NCBI GenBank assembly: GCA_963693365.1
Contig: CAVNZM010000016.1
Coordinates: forward strand, 5,746,529 to 5,810,528
DNA length: 64,000 nucleotides
Direction: 5' to 3'
From: Amoebidium appalachense
Lineage: Eukaryota > Protista > Ichthyosporea
Part shown: positions 47,498 to 60,501 of the stretch, one piece after another
Layout: every line of letters begins with the position of its first letter
How positions within the stretch are numbered: position 1 is the stretch's first letter
Position numbers and translations under genes: made by a program
The notes under the pieces: model-generated
The model's input: the letters and a program-made list of their open reading frames with translations, nothing else
Told to the model about the DNA's origin: nothing
Database searches by the model: none

Positions 47498-48419
47498 GTC
47501 GTCGGTAGCCCTGATGTGGGTTGCCCAAACTATGTATGTTTGTGTGTGTTTCTGTTTAAATTTAGTGATGTGAGGCTCACACCGTCGCTTGAGTGACAAC
47601 TCGCCTGTAATAACGTTGGTCAACTGCTTGGTCAATTTGGCACTTCTGCATCGACGCAACACTTTATGTATCCTGTCGATAGTTCCCCATAGACTCTATT
47701 GGAATGACAACACCTGCAGCTCACCTTCAGCCCGGCGCCCAGCGATCTATGGAGACACAAAATGATTTCAACAAATCATATTTGATTGGTGCTATATTCT
47801 GATTGGTTCAAGCAGCATTTCAATAGCAAACTCAATTTGAACCTACATACATACTGTACATACCCAGGTTATAAATCATGCACAATGCACCACTGTACCT
47901 TGGAAAGATTTATCTTGACCTTTAGGGATAGCTTCAAACTCATCAAACGCTGGCATATTAATGAAATCGGAAGTGGTGCTGCTACATGCAGTTCACATGC
48001 AGTTCATATGTAACATCGATATCGCTGAACGATATGTACATGTATACCGTAGCGGCAACTCGTAGATCGTAGGCCTTCGAGCGATCAATGGTGTAGGTAT
48101 AGGAATGTGGAGCCTACATCGAGGGATTCATTTCTAATGCACGGGCTCTGCGTGTACTTTAAGGAGAATAAAGCTGTAAACATTTCTTTACGTTCCAACC
48201 TGTGCAATGTTTCCTGTGTTTTCAGTTGTCATCTGAGGAATTCTTTTCACATTCCAGGTGATCACCAACCAACTGATTCAGCTGTCGGCGAATTTATATA
48301 GCCAATCATGTGCCAGAGTCTGTTTGTTTATTTTTCATCGACAGATGCGCACTGCATTCCTCATCGAGCACGCTGCAGGCACTGGCACTGCCAGCTACAA
48401 ACTGCCTGTGACTACACCG

Positions 48420-48488
<69 letters not shown>

Positions 48489-48496
48489 GCACACAC

Positions 48497-48556
<60 letters not shown>

Positions 48557-48584
48557 ACACGCACACACACGCACACAAACACAC

Positions 48585-48734
<150 letters not shown>

Positions 48735-49241
48735 CCACACGCACACGCATTCAAAGGCACAAGTGACTCACGTAAAAGGCCGTAGGAACGGGCAAAAATG
48801 GTCTGGCCGGATGTGACGATGCCATGCTCTTATTATTATGGTCTAGGCACCAACACAGTGTCCCGTACCCGACCTTCATGTTGTAGTTATTGCAGGCCGA
48901 TTCATCCCACCAGTGTAAGCATATATGATTATTAAACGTATGTACGTGCATGTGGCGGTTTAATACTAGGGAGAGACCCTGAGGTCACGGTGGGGGCAGA
49001 GAGGGCCGGGGATCCGGAAGAAGAAAAGAAAGATCTAGCCTAGCGAATCCCAAGTAGAGCGCGGGGGGCGGGGAGGGGGAGGGGGCTCGGAGGGAGAGAG
49101 AGAGAGAGAGCGAGAGAGAGAGGGGGGGGGGGGGGGGGGGGGGGGGGGAGGGAGAGAGATATAGAGACAGGGAGAGAGAGAGAGAGAGAGGGAGGGGGGG
49201 GGGGGGAGGGAAGGGGGGCCGAGGGGGGAGGGAGAGAGATC

Positions 49242-49481
<240 letters not shown>

Positions 49482-50661
49482 ATATATACCTACGCAAAGA
49501 AGAAATACTAGTACCCAAGCCCACCCAGTTCCCCCAACTCCACAAATGAACATTCCTAAGCTACCTGTTTTCGGCTCTGTGAGATTCCAGGGTCGGCGAT
49601 TGAATGGTTCGAATTCGAACGATGCATATATACCAAGCACCATGCCTTCAAAACAAACAACTGGGCCGATTCCAATCACTGTTGCCGCCCACACATTCCA
49701 CAGGGGTCGACACACGCTGAATGGCTGCAGACGCTAAAACATAGAAATAAACGGATAATCAGTGATAAACAGTCGCGCTTACCAATATAGTGAGTCACAA
49801 ATCCGACGCACATTTACACAGCATGTATTATCCTGACAACCATATTGTTTAGTAGGTGAAAAGATTGGTGTTGCTCAGCATCTTCCATGCATCCAAAAAT
49901 AGAACAGATTATCTTTTATCTTTTGCTTTTTGATTCGCTACGAATCAGTGTCGAAAACTTCCGATAATGATTTGTCCCACAATCAAAAGCCAAAACGATT
50001 TTCCATAAATGCAGAAAACGAAATTGTCCTCATTGAGTGCGGCGTCAAGGCCCCGTGGGGCGCCAGGTAAGGGGTAAGGCCACTCACTCGCAAGCTACGC
50101 TGATAGCGGCAGAGCAGACAGGCCTACCCAAAGCCTCAAGGCGCTGAGCGACACGGGCCCCGGGGTCGGGCAACCTTCTTTTTGTTGGCAACATAGTTTC
50201 AAGCACCTCCCAGTGTGGCACTGCTACGCTAATCTTGCTCTGCCGTCGACGGCTACGCAACACAGTCTCTTCACCGGGCCACTCTCCCTCGGCCCCAACC
50301 CTATCCAAACGTGACCCATGCCAACCATTTTGTTATAGGCACAGAGTTATGCACCATGATGATAGTAGGAGTGCTTTTTGGTCCACAACAGCTCCGCCAT
50401 TGTGTTTGGGCACCGTCTGTATGGAATCCTACTACACAACTACTTCCATCGGGAGTGAAAAACGTTGACCCGACTCTAGCATTCACCAATCTGTCCGCGG
50501 CCTACTGGTGACGACAAGTAACACCTGGCCCTACACACACACGCAGGCACACACACACACACACACGGACACATACACACAAGTTGTACGCACCCTCCCC
50601 TCGTGGACCCCCTTTCCCCTCCATCCCTGCACCCTTCCACTCTTAAAAATGCATACCCAAT

Positions 50662-50692
<31 letters not shown>

Positions 50693-51236
50693 TTTCTCTC
50701 TCTCTGTCTCGTGCAGACAGACTCACAAAAGCTGCATACGTGTACTAGCGCAGACGCTCACATCCACACACACACATGAGCACACATACACACACAGTGT
50801 TAAACACGCACTTGCTAGCACACACAGACGCAAGGCACATTCAATATATGCATGACCACGTGCACTGGACGTCGATCATACACACACCACAAAACTTTCA
50901 ATTGATGCCACCCTAACAGCTATTGAGCTAGAACCCTGTCTTTCGCCGGCACGGTCAAATCAAGCTGCCTGGTGCATGCTTACCGGTGGCCGTGGGAACA
51001 CTACTGCATCCAGAACACTTCTCAGAAAAGCACCTTGGTCTGCACGGGCTGGTATCCACCCGACGGCGTCCACATGGGCATGGACCATGGGGATGGTACA
51101 ACACGCCGCGGCCCACACATACACATAAAAATATGGGGGGGGGGGGGGAGGGGGGGAAGGTATTCAAACACGCACTGCCGCAAACACACACAAACCCACA
51201 CACATACACACGCGCGCAAACACACACACGCTCGCG

Positions 51237-51280
<44 letters not shown>

Positions 51281-51478
51281 CAACGCACCGTCACGCACAC
51301 ATACACACAAGCGCATGCAACCACGCACGCACACAAACACAAACACACCCACAAACACACACATCTAATATAGACGCACACCCACAAACACACATACAAG
51401 TGCCACGCACGCACGAGCATCCACATGCTTGTGGGTGTGTTTATGTCGTTTTGCTATGTATTTATATATTTTTTTGCA

Positions 51479-51515
<37 letters not shown>

Positions 51516-51860
51516 CACTGTCACGTTATCGTATAGCCTCGAATGCACAGTTTTTTCTTTTGTTTTTGTTTTCTTTTCCCTTTTTTTCCAATGTGAAGAG
51601 CCGCAGGACAAAACAATCTTTGAATGAGTAAAGTGAATCGGACAACTGCAGTGAGCGGTTGGCACCTGTTTCTTTTCCCCCGCTTTTCTTGTGGTTTTGG
51701 TGTGTGTGTAGAAGGAGGAAGGGTTAGGTGGTGGGTGGGAGGGGGGAGGGGGGCACCCAGCACTCACTTGCATGCTTACTCACACAACTGCCAGTGAACC
51801 GTAGAGCACACATGTTGGCATATTCGCTGATTTGTTCTGTCGCTTTCTGCCAAATCCCGT

Positions 51861-51904
<44 letters not shown>

Positions 51905-52827
51905 CGCCTGCCCGCCCGCCCGCCCGCCAGCCACTGCCAAACAAAAAAGAAAGAAGAAAAAGAAAAAAATAAAAGGAAAAGAAAAGAAAAAACCATCCGG
52001 ACAAACACACACACATCCACCAACATGACCCCTCATGTCCGGACAAGAGCCCACCTGTCCTGCCCGCGAATCACCGGTGGCTCTCCACCACTACTTTTGT
52101 GTTGGTGTTGGGTGGTTATATGGGTGGAATGAGTGGGTGGGGGCGTGGGGGTGGGGGTGGTGGTGGTGGGGGGAGGGGGGGGGGGGGGGGGGGGGAAGGG
52201 AGAAAAGAAAGAAAAGGTGCTTCAAAAAAACACCACGAAAATCAATTACCATGCAGTTACCGATTTCATATGTACATGATATACTATGTAATAATCAGGG
52301 TCATTGACAGGGCGAGATACTGACGATATATCAAACTTTTTTTTTTTGGTGGTGGTGGTGGTGGTGGGGGGGGGGGGGGGGGGGGGGGGGGGGTTCAAAA
52401 CCTTTAATATCTCACTGCAGTATTATTTGAGACCTGATTTTTTACCCTAGGGTTATGGTTTCAAAGCTTAGATGCCGTCGAACATAGATCGCCTTGCTCA
52501 GATGCAGGGGTGAAATGGTATCCCGAAAAACTCAACAAAAATACACAGAAAATACACTTCCCTCATTGCCAAATTTTCACCACTTTGCTCTACATCATTG
52601 CATGTTATCACGTGATACCGGCCCTCGTGTTTCAAAGTCTTTTTTTCATAAGAAATGAATTGTATTCGAGCTCAGGGATTTTCCGTCGTGATATTTCCGT
52701 GAACTTCTGGTCAATATTCTGGTCAAGCTTGGGCTGCCGCCCACCTCACCCCCCGCTCTAGGGGCAGAGAGGAACGGCTCAATTTTCGAGCGACATAAAA
52801 GGAGCTGTCAGGCCTGCCCCTATAGCG

Positions 52828-52864
<37 letters not shown>

Positions 52865-53064
52865 GGGGGGGCAGAGTGTATCTACGTAGTGAAGAGGAGG
52901 TGGTAGGCCTGGGGTTGGGGAGGGGAAGGGGTGGAACAGGTGAGGGGGATTGAGGGAGAACTTGGGGGGGGGGGGGGGGGGGAAGATAAGCGCTGGAGGA
53001 AGAGGAGGGGACGGAGGCCCAGGGGTAGAATGGAGGAGTGGAGGGTCGTACTCTTATGTGTGGG

Positions 53065-54110
53065 TGTGAATTTCTAGCCCGACACCCAACACACGACCTC
53101 ACCCACTTATGCACATGTCTACTAATGGCCAGCCAATAGTATGACCGTAATAACTTTAATGTGCAGTGCACTCCAAAAAGCCCATGATTATCGTGCACAC
53201 TTTCTAAAAGCTCATGATAAAGGCACTCGGGCACGAATAATTTTCTTCCTCCAGCGAAAAACAATACAACACCTCATCAAAATATCCACAAAACATTTTC
53301 TCCCTATGCGTGCAAGTTTTCTCCTTTTTGCGTTCGATATTTGTGTGGGTGTTTGTGCTGTGTTTTGTGCCCGTGTATCTCGTGTTTGTGTGGGAGGAGG
53401 GGTAGGCATTACCGGGTTTTGTTGCCTATTGAGAAGCTTCTGCATATACTGCTGCCTGCACGTGGATCTGCATTGGATAAAAGTGAAATTACGGAAGAAC
53501 ACAAGGAATCTTTGTGTTGTGCAGCCACAATAGTATCTCTCTGATATCCTGCACCCGATAAAGCTGCTATATGTGCTTGACTAAGGGTAGGAAGAGGGCT
53601 AAGTTTATGCCCTTTTTGTGCTGCAATACTATTTATGTATGCTATATGTGCATTTTCTTGAGGAAAAATAGGTATATCTACAGATACCTGTGTACCATCA
53701 GCTTTCGTATATGACCTAGTAATATATGACTCCTCGAGACCAATTTCGCACATGCCCTTATCATTACCATATATGGTAGGTGAGTCGCTAGCGTTACTTT
53801 GAGCTGCATGTGCGAATGCAACAATACCTAATGTAGATGCTGCTGATGGATATACTGGTGGGGACGGGAATTGGACATTAACGTTAGCTACATTAGTCTC
53901 AAATTCTTTATCCTTATCATATAGGATCCACTCATCTGATTGGATACCTGCTACCGGTGGGGGCTCAGCGAGAAAATCGGATTTCTCATTATCTTCGGAT
54001 ACATATGGTATCCGGCTAACACCATCTGCATCAGGCAGATCCGAGCCCTCTTCATAAAATAATGTAAAATTATAATCCGATATATGATGTGATCTATAAA
54101 TAGATCACTT
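53065..54110 (-). mobile_element. Degenerate Ty3/Gypsy-type pol fragment (RNase H C-terminus followed by integrase Zn-binding region)
   Basis: ISDYNFTLFYEEGSDLPDADGVSR (RNase H ADALSR-type end, ~54010-54085), then LFVP..LLESVHDNHGLFGVHCTLKLLRSYYW...VHKWVRSCVGC (integrase HHCC, one His lost). RH-before-IN order is Gypsy-type; frames are broken. Confidence 0.75.
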
Positions 54111-54150
54111 TATGGCTGTGGCTCAGAGACACTACACTCTCCTCCCTTTC

Positions 54151-54748
54151 TCTCGTTTTCTCTCTTTGTGTGTCCCTCCCTTTCTCTCACTTGCTCTACT
54201 TTCCTCTCGTTCCTCCTCCCCCCCCCCACCCCCCTCTCCCCCCCGCTCACCTCATTGTCCTCCCTCCCTCTTGCTCTTGCTCTCTTCTCCCCCCCTCCCC
54301 CCCCCCCCTTCCTCTCTCACTCATCCACCCCTCCCCCCTCCCCCTCCCCCACACCACACATATGAAGATCTGCCCTCATCACATTTTCACCATGCAAATC
54401 GCAATATTACACAGTGCTTGAAATCAGCACCATTCGTGATTCGTTTTGCTCGAAGTATGAAACCTACGGCAGTCCAGCATATGTGTACCCACACATCCCT
54501 CTCTTCCCATCCTCCCCCTTCTGCCAAATTGAGGCTTTTACAGTCAATGTCCGCTCTCTTAATATCCAATCAGAGCACCTCCCTTTGATTTTTTTTACCC
54601 CTTTGTTAAAATAGGATAAATCAAAACCCACCATTTACATTTCTACGAACTTCAACTTTGCATGCACCCACCTCATGCCTAGCCAACCGGACCGTTACAA
54701 TGTCCATATTTTTGTCCTTGGCCGCATACCTAATTTCCAACTCAATCT
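54151..54748. repeat. Dispersed ~0.6-kb repeat, copy B, abutting the Gypsy remnant
   Basis: Diverged match to 42176-42752 in the same orientation. Confidence 0.8.
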
Positions 54749-55263
54749 TCCCTTGGCCGCGGTAAATCAGATCTCGGATCAGAATAAAACATCCGCATGC
54801 AAGACGAGCTAAAAACAACAGAATAATATGGGGGACGGGGAGGGTGGGGGAGACTCGAGAAAGGAGAAAAAGAGGAGAACCCAAGGAAAAAGGAAACGAA
54901 GAGAGGGAGAGGGCGAGAAAGAACACTACAAACAATACAAAAGCTAACACAAACATCAAAGCCGTTGCTATCACACATCATACGTATTCCAACAGACACA
55001 CACATACACTTGCACATGCACACGCTACACACATACACATTCCCAAACAAACAAGCATGCATGCTACATGCACACATGCACGCATGCATATGCACACATG
55101 CACGCATGCATGTGCACACATGCACGCATGCATGTGCACACATGCACGCATGCATGTGCACATGACCGTACAGATGTGCGCACATGTCACGCACACACAC
55201 ATATCCACCATAGTATTCGCACTTGTCTTTTCTAACACACACACGCACACACGCACACACACG

Positions 55264-55304
<41 letters not shown>

Positions 55305-56351
55305 TGTACACACGCACACACGCACACATACACACACACACACACACAGACACATACACACATACACACACATACACACACGCCGCGCGCGCGCGCGCGC
55401 GGACAGACTAACAAATAGACACACAGGAGCGCTTTCGGAACCCTTTTAAAAACATTGCATTGAGATAAAAAGCACTGGAAAGAAGCGATGGTTTCCAACC
55501 AGCACGGGTGCAGGTGCCACGGTGACAGAGTGTGTGTGATGGTTTGGCGTGTGTTGGTGGGTTGTGGTGGTGGAACAAGAACTTGCAGTGGCATGCCCCA
55601 CGGGGGAGAGAACATCATTAGCATTTTTCATGTTCAGCCACCACACCACATTTCTTCTTGGGCTGGTGTCCGTTGCTGCTTATTCATTTCAGGCCATGGA
55701 AGTTTCTATCCAAGTCAGGCATTTTAACAATAGCGAATAGATACTGTAACTTCCCTAGTAAACTGTAGTGACATTGTCGCACTGGTAATATGCGGTGATT
55801 ATGATATATTTGTGCTTTTGTACAATGACAGCCTGTTGCAAAATACACAACAGCCGACTCAGAAATAAATCGAATGTATGATGACAAAGTGATACAATGA
55901 GTGGTGCGCTGAATGCACTCATAATGATCTTCGCCAATCCATGAAAGCTTGGGCTAGCAGTGGTATGGTGCATGTACATGTAATATGGATGGTACCGTTG
56001 AATAGCTCTCATGAAAGGGCAGCTTGCTTCAAGAGAAAAAAAGATTTTAAGAAAAAAAGAGTACTTGATGTTTTTTGCCAATCGATAAATGCGTCGGACT
56101 AGTAGTGATATGTGGTACATGTGATATGTGTAGTACTAGTAGCTCTCATAAAATGGGGACCTTTAGGAAGTAATTTATAAAATCAAAAACGAATGAGCAT
56201 GTAGCCGTATGTTTACAGTTTCACTACGGAATATTCTTTTTCGAATATGAAAGATGGGCCGAGAGTGAGTCACATTTTTTCTGTTGTTTGTCTTTAGTCA
56301 AAGCCTTGATATGCTCTGATGAAACATATCAATGCTTGCCCCTCCCGCAAA

Positions 56352-56385
<34 letters not shown>

Positions 56386-56686
56386 CCTCCCCTCCCCCGG
56401 TTCCGCCCCACCCCTTCCCCCTTTCGAATATCCTGTTTTTCGCCCTGAGTATCAACCTGGATATATCACGAAAATATCTGGCAAAGGCCCCAGATTATCC
56501 CGTATTTTTTTTCGCGAATGCCCTGAATATCATCTCAACATATCCCGAAAACCTCCCTGAATATCAAAAGATATATCAAAAGTATCCTATTTGTGCCCTG
56601 ATTATCAGGCCCAAGTATCCAGTCCAGACAACTTACTGACTAAGCTTATCACCCGAATATCTAAGGCGAATACACGTGTGCGCACG

Positions 56687-56775
<89 letters not shown>

Positions 56776-56842
56776 TGCGTGTGTGTGTGTGCGCGCGCGC
56801 GTGTGTGTGTGTGTGATGGTGGTGTGTGTGTGTGCGTGTGAT

Positions 56843-56875
<33 letters not shown>

Positions 56876-56885
56876 ACGTGAGTGA

Positions 56886-56921
<36 letters not shown>

Positions 56922-56940
56922 CTGTGTATGTGTGTGTGTG

Positions 56941-56983
<43 letters not shown>

Positions 56984-57000
56984 ACACGTGTGTGTGTGTA

Positions 57001-57070
<70 letters not shown>

Positions 57071-57489
57071 GCAATTGAGTGTGGTATACTAACGGAGAAG
57101 GGGGGGGGGGGGGGGGAGGTGACAGGAGTCACTAAGGCTTGTACTAGTGTAATGGAATAAAGGGCACTGCTTAAGCCAAAGGTTTGATGCTTGAGCTCTC
57201 TGCATGCACGCATGATGACAACATCAAAAATCTTTTCTATTGGGCCGTGGCCCACAAGCACCAGCCTGTTCACGTTCACTCCATAAATTCAACAGCCAGA
57301 ATAGTTAACTAACATTGCAACCAACACCACAGACACAGTCGACTACATTAATGATTTAGAAACCCAAAAACAAACGTTTCGAAGTGTGTGTGTGTAACGT
57401 TGGTCCACTATATTAAATTATGATTTAAGAACCCAAATACTTAACTTTTGAAGTGTGTTGTGTGTTGTGTGTTGTGTGTGGTGCGTGTG

Positions 57490-57599
<110 letters not shown>

Positions 57600-58219
57600 C
57601 CGAGCCCGCGACAGTGACCGTGCATGCTAGGACCACCTGAATCGAAGCTGCAAATCATTATAAGGTATAAGGTGATTGGTAGTTTCCAGGCGTATGTGGC
57701 GGGAGCTTAATTGGCACATTGGTTCGATGTGAAATCCAACCCCCCAAATATGGCTATTGTGACATTTATTACTTCTTTTGGCTTGTTTACCTCTTGCTTG
57801 ATTGGCAGCCTTTGGCGGCAAAACTCCCGAGTGGAAACTCCACAACACATACAGATAACCCCCATAATACCCCCTAGGTGGACGTGATATATCCCGCCAC
57901 TGAGAGCAGGATATCTCACCTTATTAGATCTGCAGAGATCCATTTTGATATATCAATTTTTGCACCCCCCCAGAATATCATCGGATAGATCTCGGGGATG
58001 CGCTGATTATCATCAGATATATCTGAGGGGTTTACGCTGTTTACTCGAGGCAAAGAGAACCAGTCTCAGGTATGGGGGGGGGTTTTGCTCGGAATATCCC
58101 CTCAGCGGTATATCATGATCACGTACATAGATGTCGGGTGGTGACTATATATCAGGGTTTACTTTCTCTACGAGACACCATAAAGACTACAAGGAGAAAT
58201 CAATTAGTTGGGGTTCCCC

Positions 58220-58257
<38 letters not shown>

Positions 58258-58289
58258 GGGCTCCCCTCGGGACACTCGGTATCAGCTGG

Positions 58290-58364
<75 letters not shown>

Positions 58365-59687
58365 TGCGCTATAATTTTGTAGTGATGTGTTTCTCAAGCC
58401 AATCAATACATCTAATAAACAGGTCGTAGTTACGCGTGTTTAGTATAAAATCAAGGATGTTGTAATTGTAGGGTGTCTGTTGTGAATGTGACGTGTGTGT
58501 GTTGCGGTATTATGTGGTCTATCAAACTACATTTGGCGATACATGACCGGTTAAACTGGTGTGTGTGTGTGTTGTTTGGGCATGCAAATGATGCCACCTT
58601 ATACTTATTAGATCTCCACTGTATAGCACGTGTACAGTAAAAGCGTGGTAATTGATCAATAATACCATCAGCTAGAGAAAGACCAGTTCTACAGGAAGGT
58701 AATATGTATTTAGGTGTTATACACTTGCGAGTGCCATATTTGGCAATATGGTTGAGGCGGTCAGTATATATAAAACGAGACATAAGGCTTAGTTTTTCAA
58801 GGTGTATTCTTTCATCGGGTCTAGTGTCGTGTGGTATCTTTTTCCATTTGTTATATTGCGTGATTATCTTGTGATTGTGTACATGTTTAATAAGTAAGTG
58901 GCAGTCCAAAGTCACACACACACTATTGCGGGGTTTATTTGTATTTGTGCCCAGGGGAGAAGGGGAGAGAGAGGGGAGGAAAGAGGGGAGAGGTGAGGAG
59001 GGGACAGGTCGGATAGAGAAGAGAGGGTGGGAGGGCAAATACTTCTTTAAGCGGCTTATGTGCTTATTGAATTTCAGCGCGAGATAGGATACTCTAGCAG
59101 CTATTGGGACCAGACCATATATCGAGAGCGTTACAGGCCCAGGTTTACAACAGTTGTTAGATAGAAAGGAGGCAACTTCTGCTTCAAGGAAATTTGCCAA
59201 GGGTTTAAGCGCTCTAGTTCTCTCTTTCTTGATCCAAGCGGCGAGAAGGGGTAAACCATATTCACATGCCGGGAAGACAAAAGTGCGAATAAATGTAAGT
59301 CTAATAGAAGGATGGAGGGGTGTGTCTTTAAAAATATTAGCCGAGAAGAAAGCTAACCGCTTACGAGCCAACTCTACCCTCTTTTCGACCATATGGGGAA
59401 ACATAACACCAACAGAATCAACCGGAACACCAAGATATTTGTATTCTGGAACTATAGGTACAGGTTTAGATGATAATGTAAATGTGTGTAAATTGTTAGC
59501 TATATCAGGTACAAGAACACCACATTTGTCTATGTTAAGGATCATAAGGTTTGCCTTGCACCACTCTGACACTACATCGAACAATCTTTGCAGGCGTCTA
59601 GGGGTACGTGTTGGAAGATGGTATCGTTATCCAGTCCGATCGCATGAATCAGATCATGATCGGCTGGTGGCCTGCGAGATCTTAACC

Positions 59688-59760
59688 GATCTCGTAGCTC
59701 AGTTGGTAGAGCACTCGACCGGAGATAGAGGGGTCGCGGGTTCAAATCCCGTCGGGATCA
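59688..59760 (+). tRNA. tRNA-like gene in LTR1 (73 nt; nominal anticodon GGA; degenerate anticodon arm)
   Basis: Acceptor GATCTCG/CGGGATC plus A73; D arm GCTC-AGTTGGTA-GAGC; anticodon arm CTCGA-CCGGAGA-TAGAG (G:A mismatch, C33); T arm GCGGG-TTCAAAT-CCCGT. A and B boxes intact; T5 two nt downstream. Confidence 0.85.
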
Positions 59761-60058
59761 TCTTTTTCTCATCCTCTTCTCGCTGGGGTAAAAGCCAGCA
59801 CGCCTTTACTGGCGTCATCACAACCATCGGCAGTGGTTAGGTTGTGATCTCAAGGCTAGCAAGATCGCTAGTCTCTGCACCAGGACAAAATCCAAAATGG
59901 TAGCATGAACAGGGGTTCAGTGGGGACTGATGGGGGCAGTCCACCCTAACCTGATTCTGCGATTCGTCCTGAGTGGGGATGTTGGAAGATGGTATCGTTA
60001 TCCAGTCCGATCGCATGAATCAGATCATGATCGGCTGGTGGCCTGCGAGATCTTAACC

Positions 60059-60131
60059 GATCTCGTAGCTCAGTTGGTAGAGCACTCGACCGGAGATAGA
60101 GGGGTCGCGGGTTCAAATCCCGTCGGGATCA
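60059..60131 (+). tRNA. tRNA-like gene in LTR2
   Basis: Identical to 59688-59760. Confidence 0.85.
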
Positions 60132-60428
60132 TCTTTTTCTCATCCTCTTCTCGCTGGGGTAAAAGCCAGCACGCCTTTACTGGCGTCATCACAACCATCG
60201 GCAGTGGTTAGGTTGTGATCTCAAGGCTAGCAAGATCGCTAGTCTCTGCACCAGGACAAAATCCAAAATGGTAGCATGAACAGGGGTTCAGTGGGGACTG
60301 AGGGGGCAGTCCACCCTAACCTGATTCTGCGATTCGTCCTGAGTGGGGATGTTGGAAGATGGTATCGTTATCCAGTCCGATCGCATGAATCAGATCATGA
60401 TCGGCTGGTGGCCTGCGAGATCTTAACC

Positions 60429-60501
60429 GATCTCGTAGCTCAGTTGGTAGAGCACTCGACCGGAGATAGAGGGGTCGCGGGTTCAAATCCCGTCGGGATC
60501 A
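60429..60501 (+). tRNA. tRNA-like gene in LTR3
   Basis: Identical to 59688-59760. Confidence 0.85.

Noticed and set aside
53065-54110. Gypsy remnant as the autonomous partner of the TRIM
   Set aside because: It is decayed, has no LTR, PBS or PPT to compare, and shares no sequence with the TRIM in this window.
59898-59979. Hammerhead ribozyme (retrozyme) core suggested by CTGATGG
   Set aside because: No CTGANGA plus GAAA core, and the second internal copy lacks the T.
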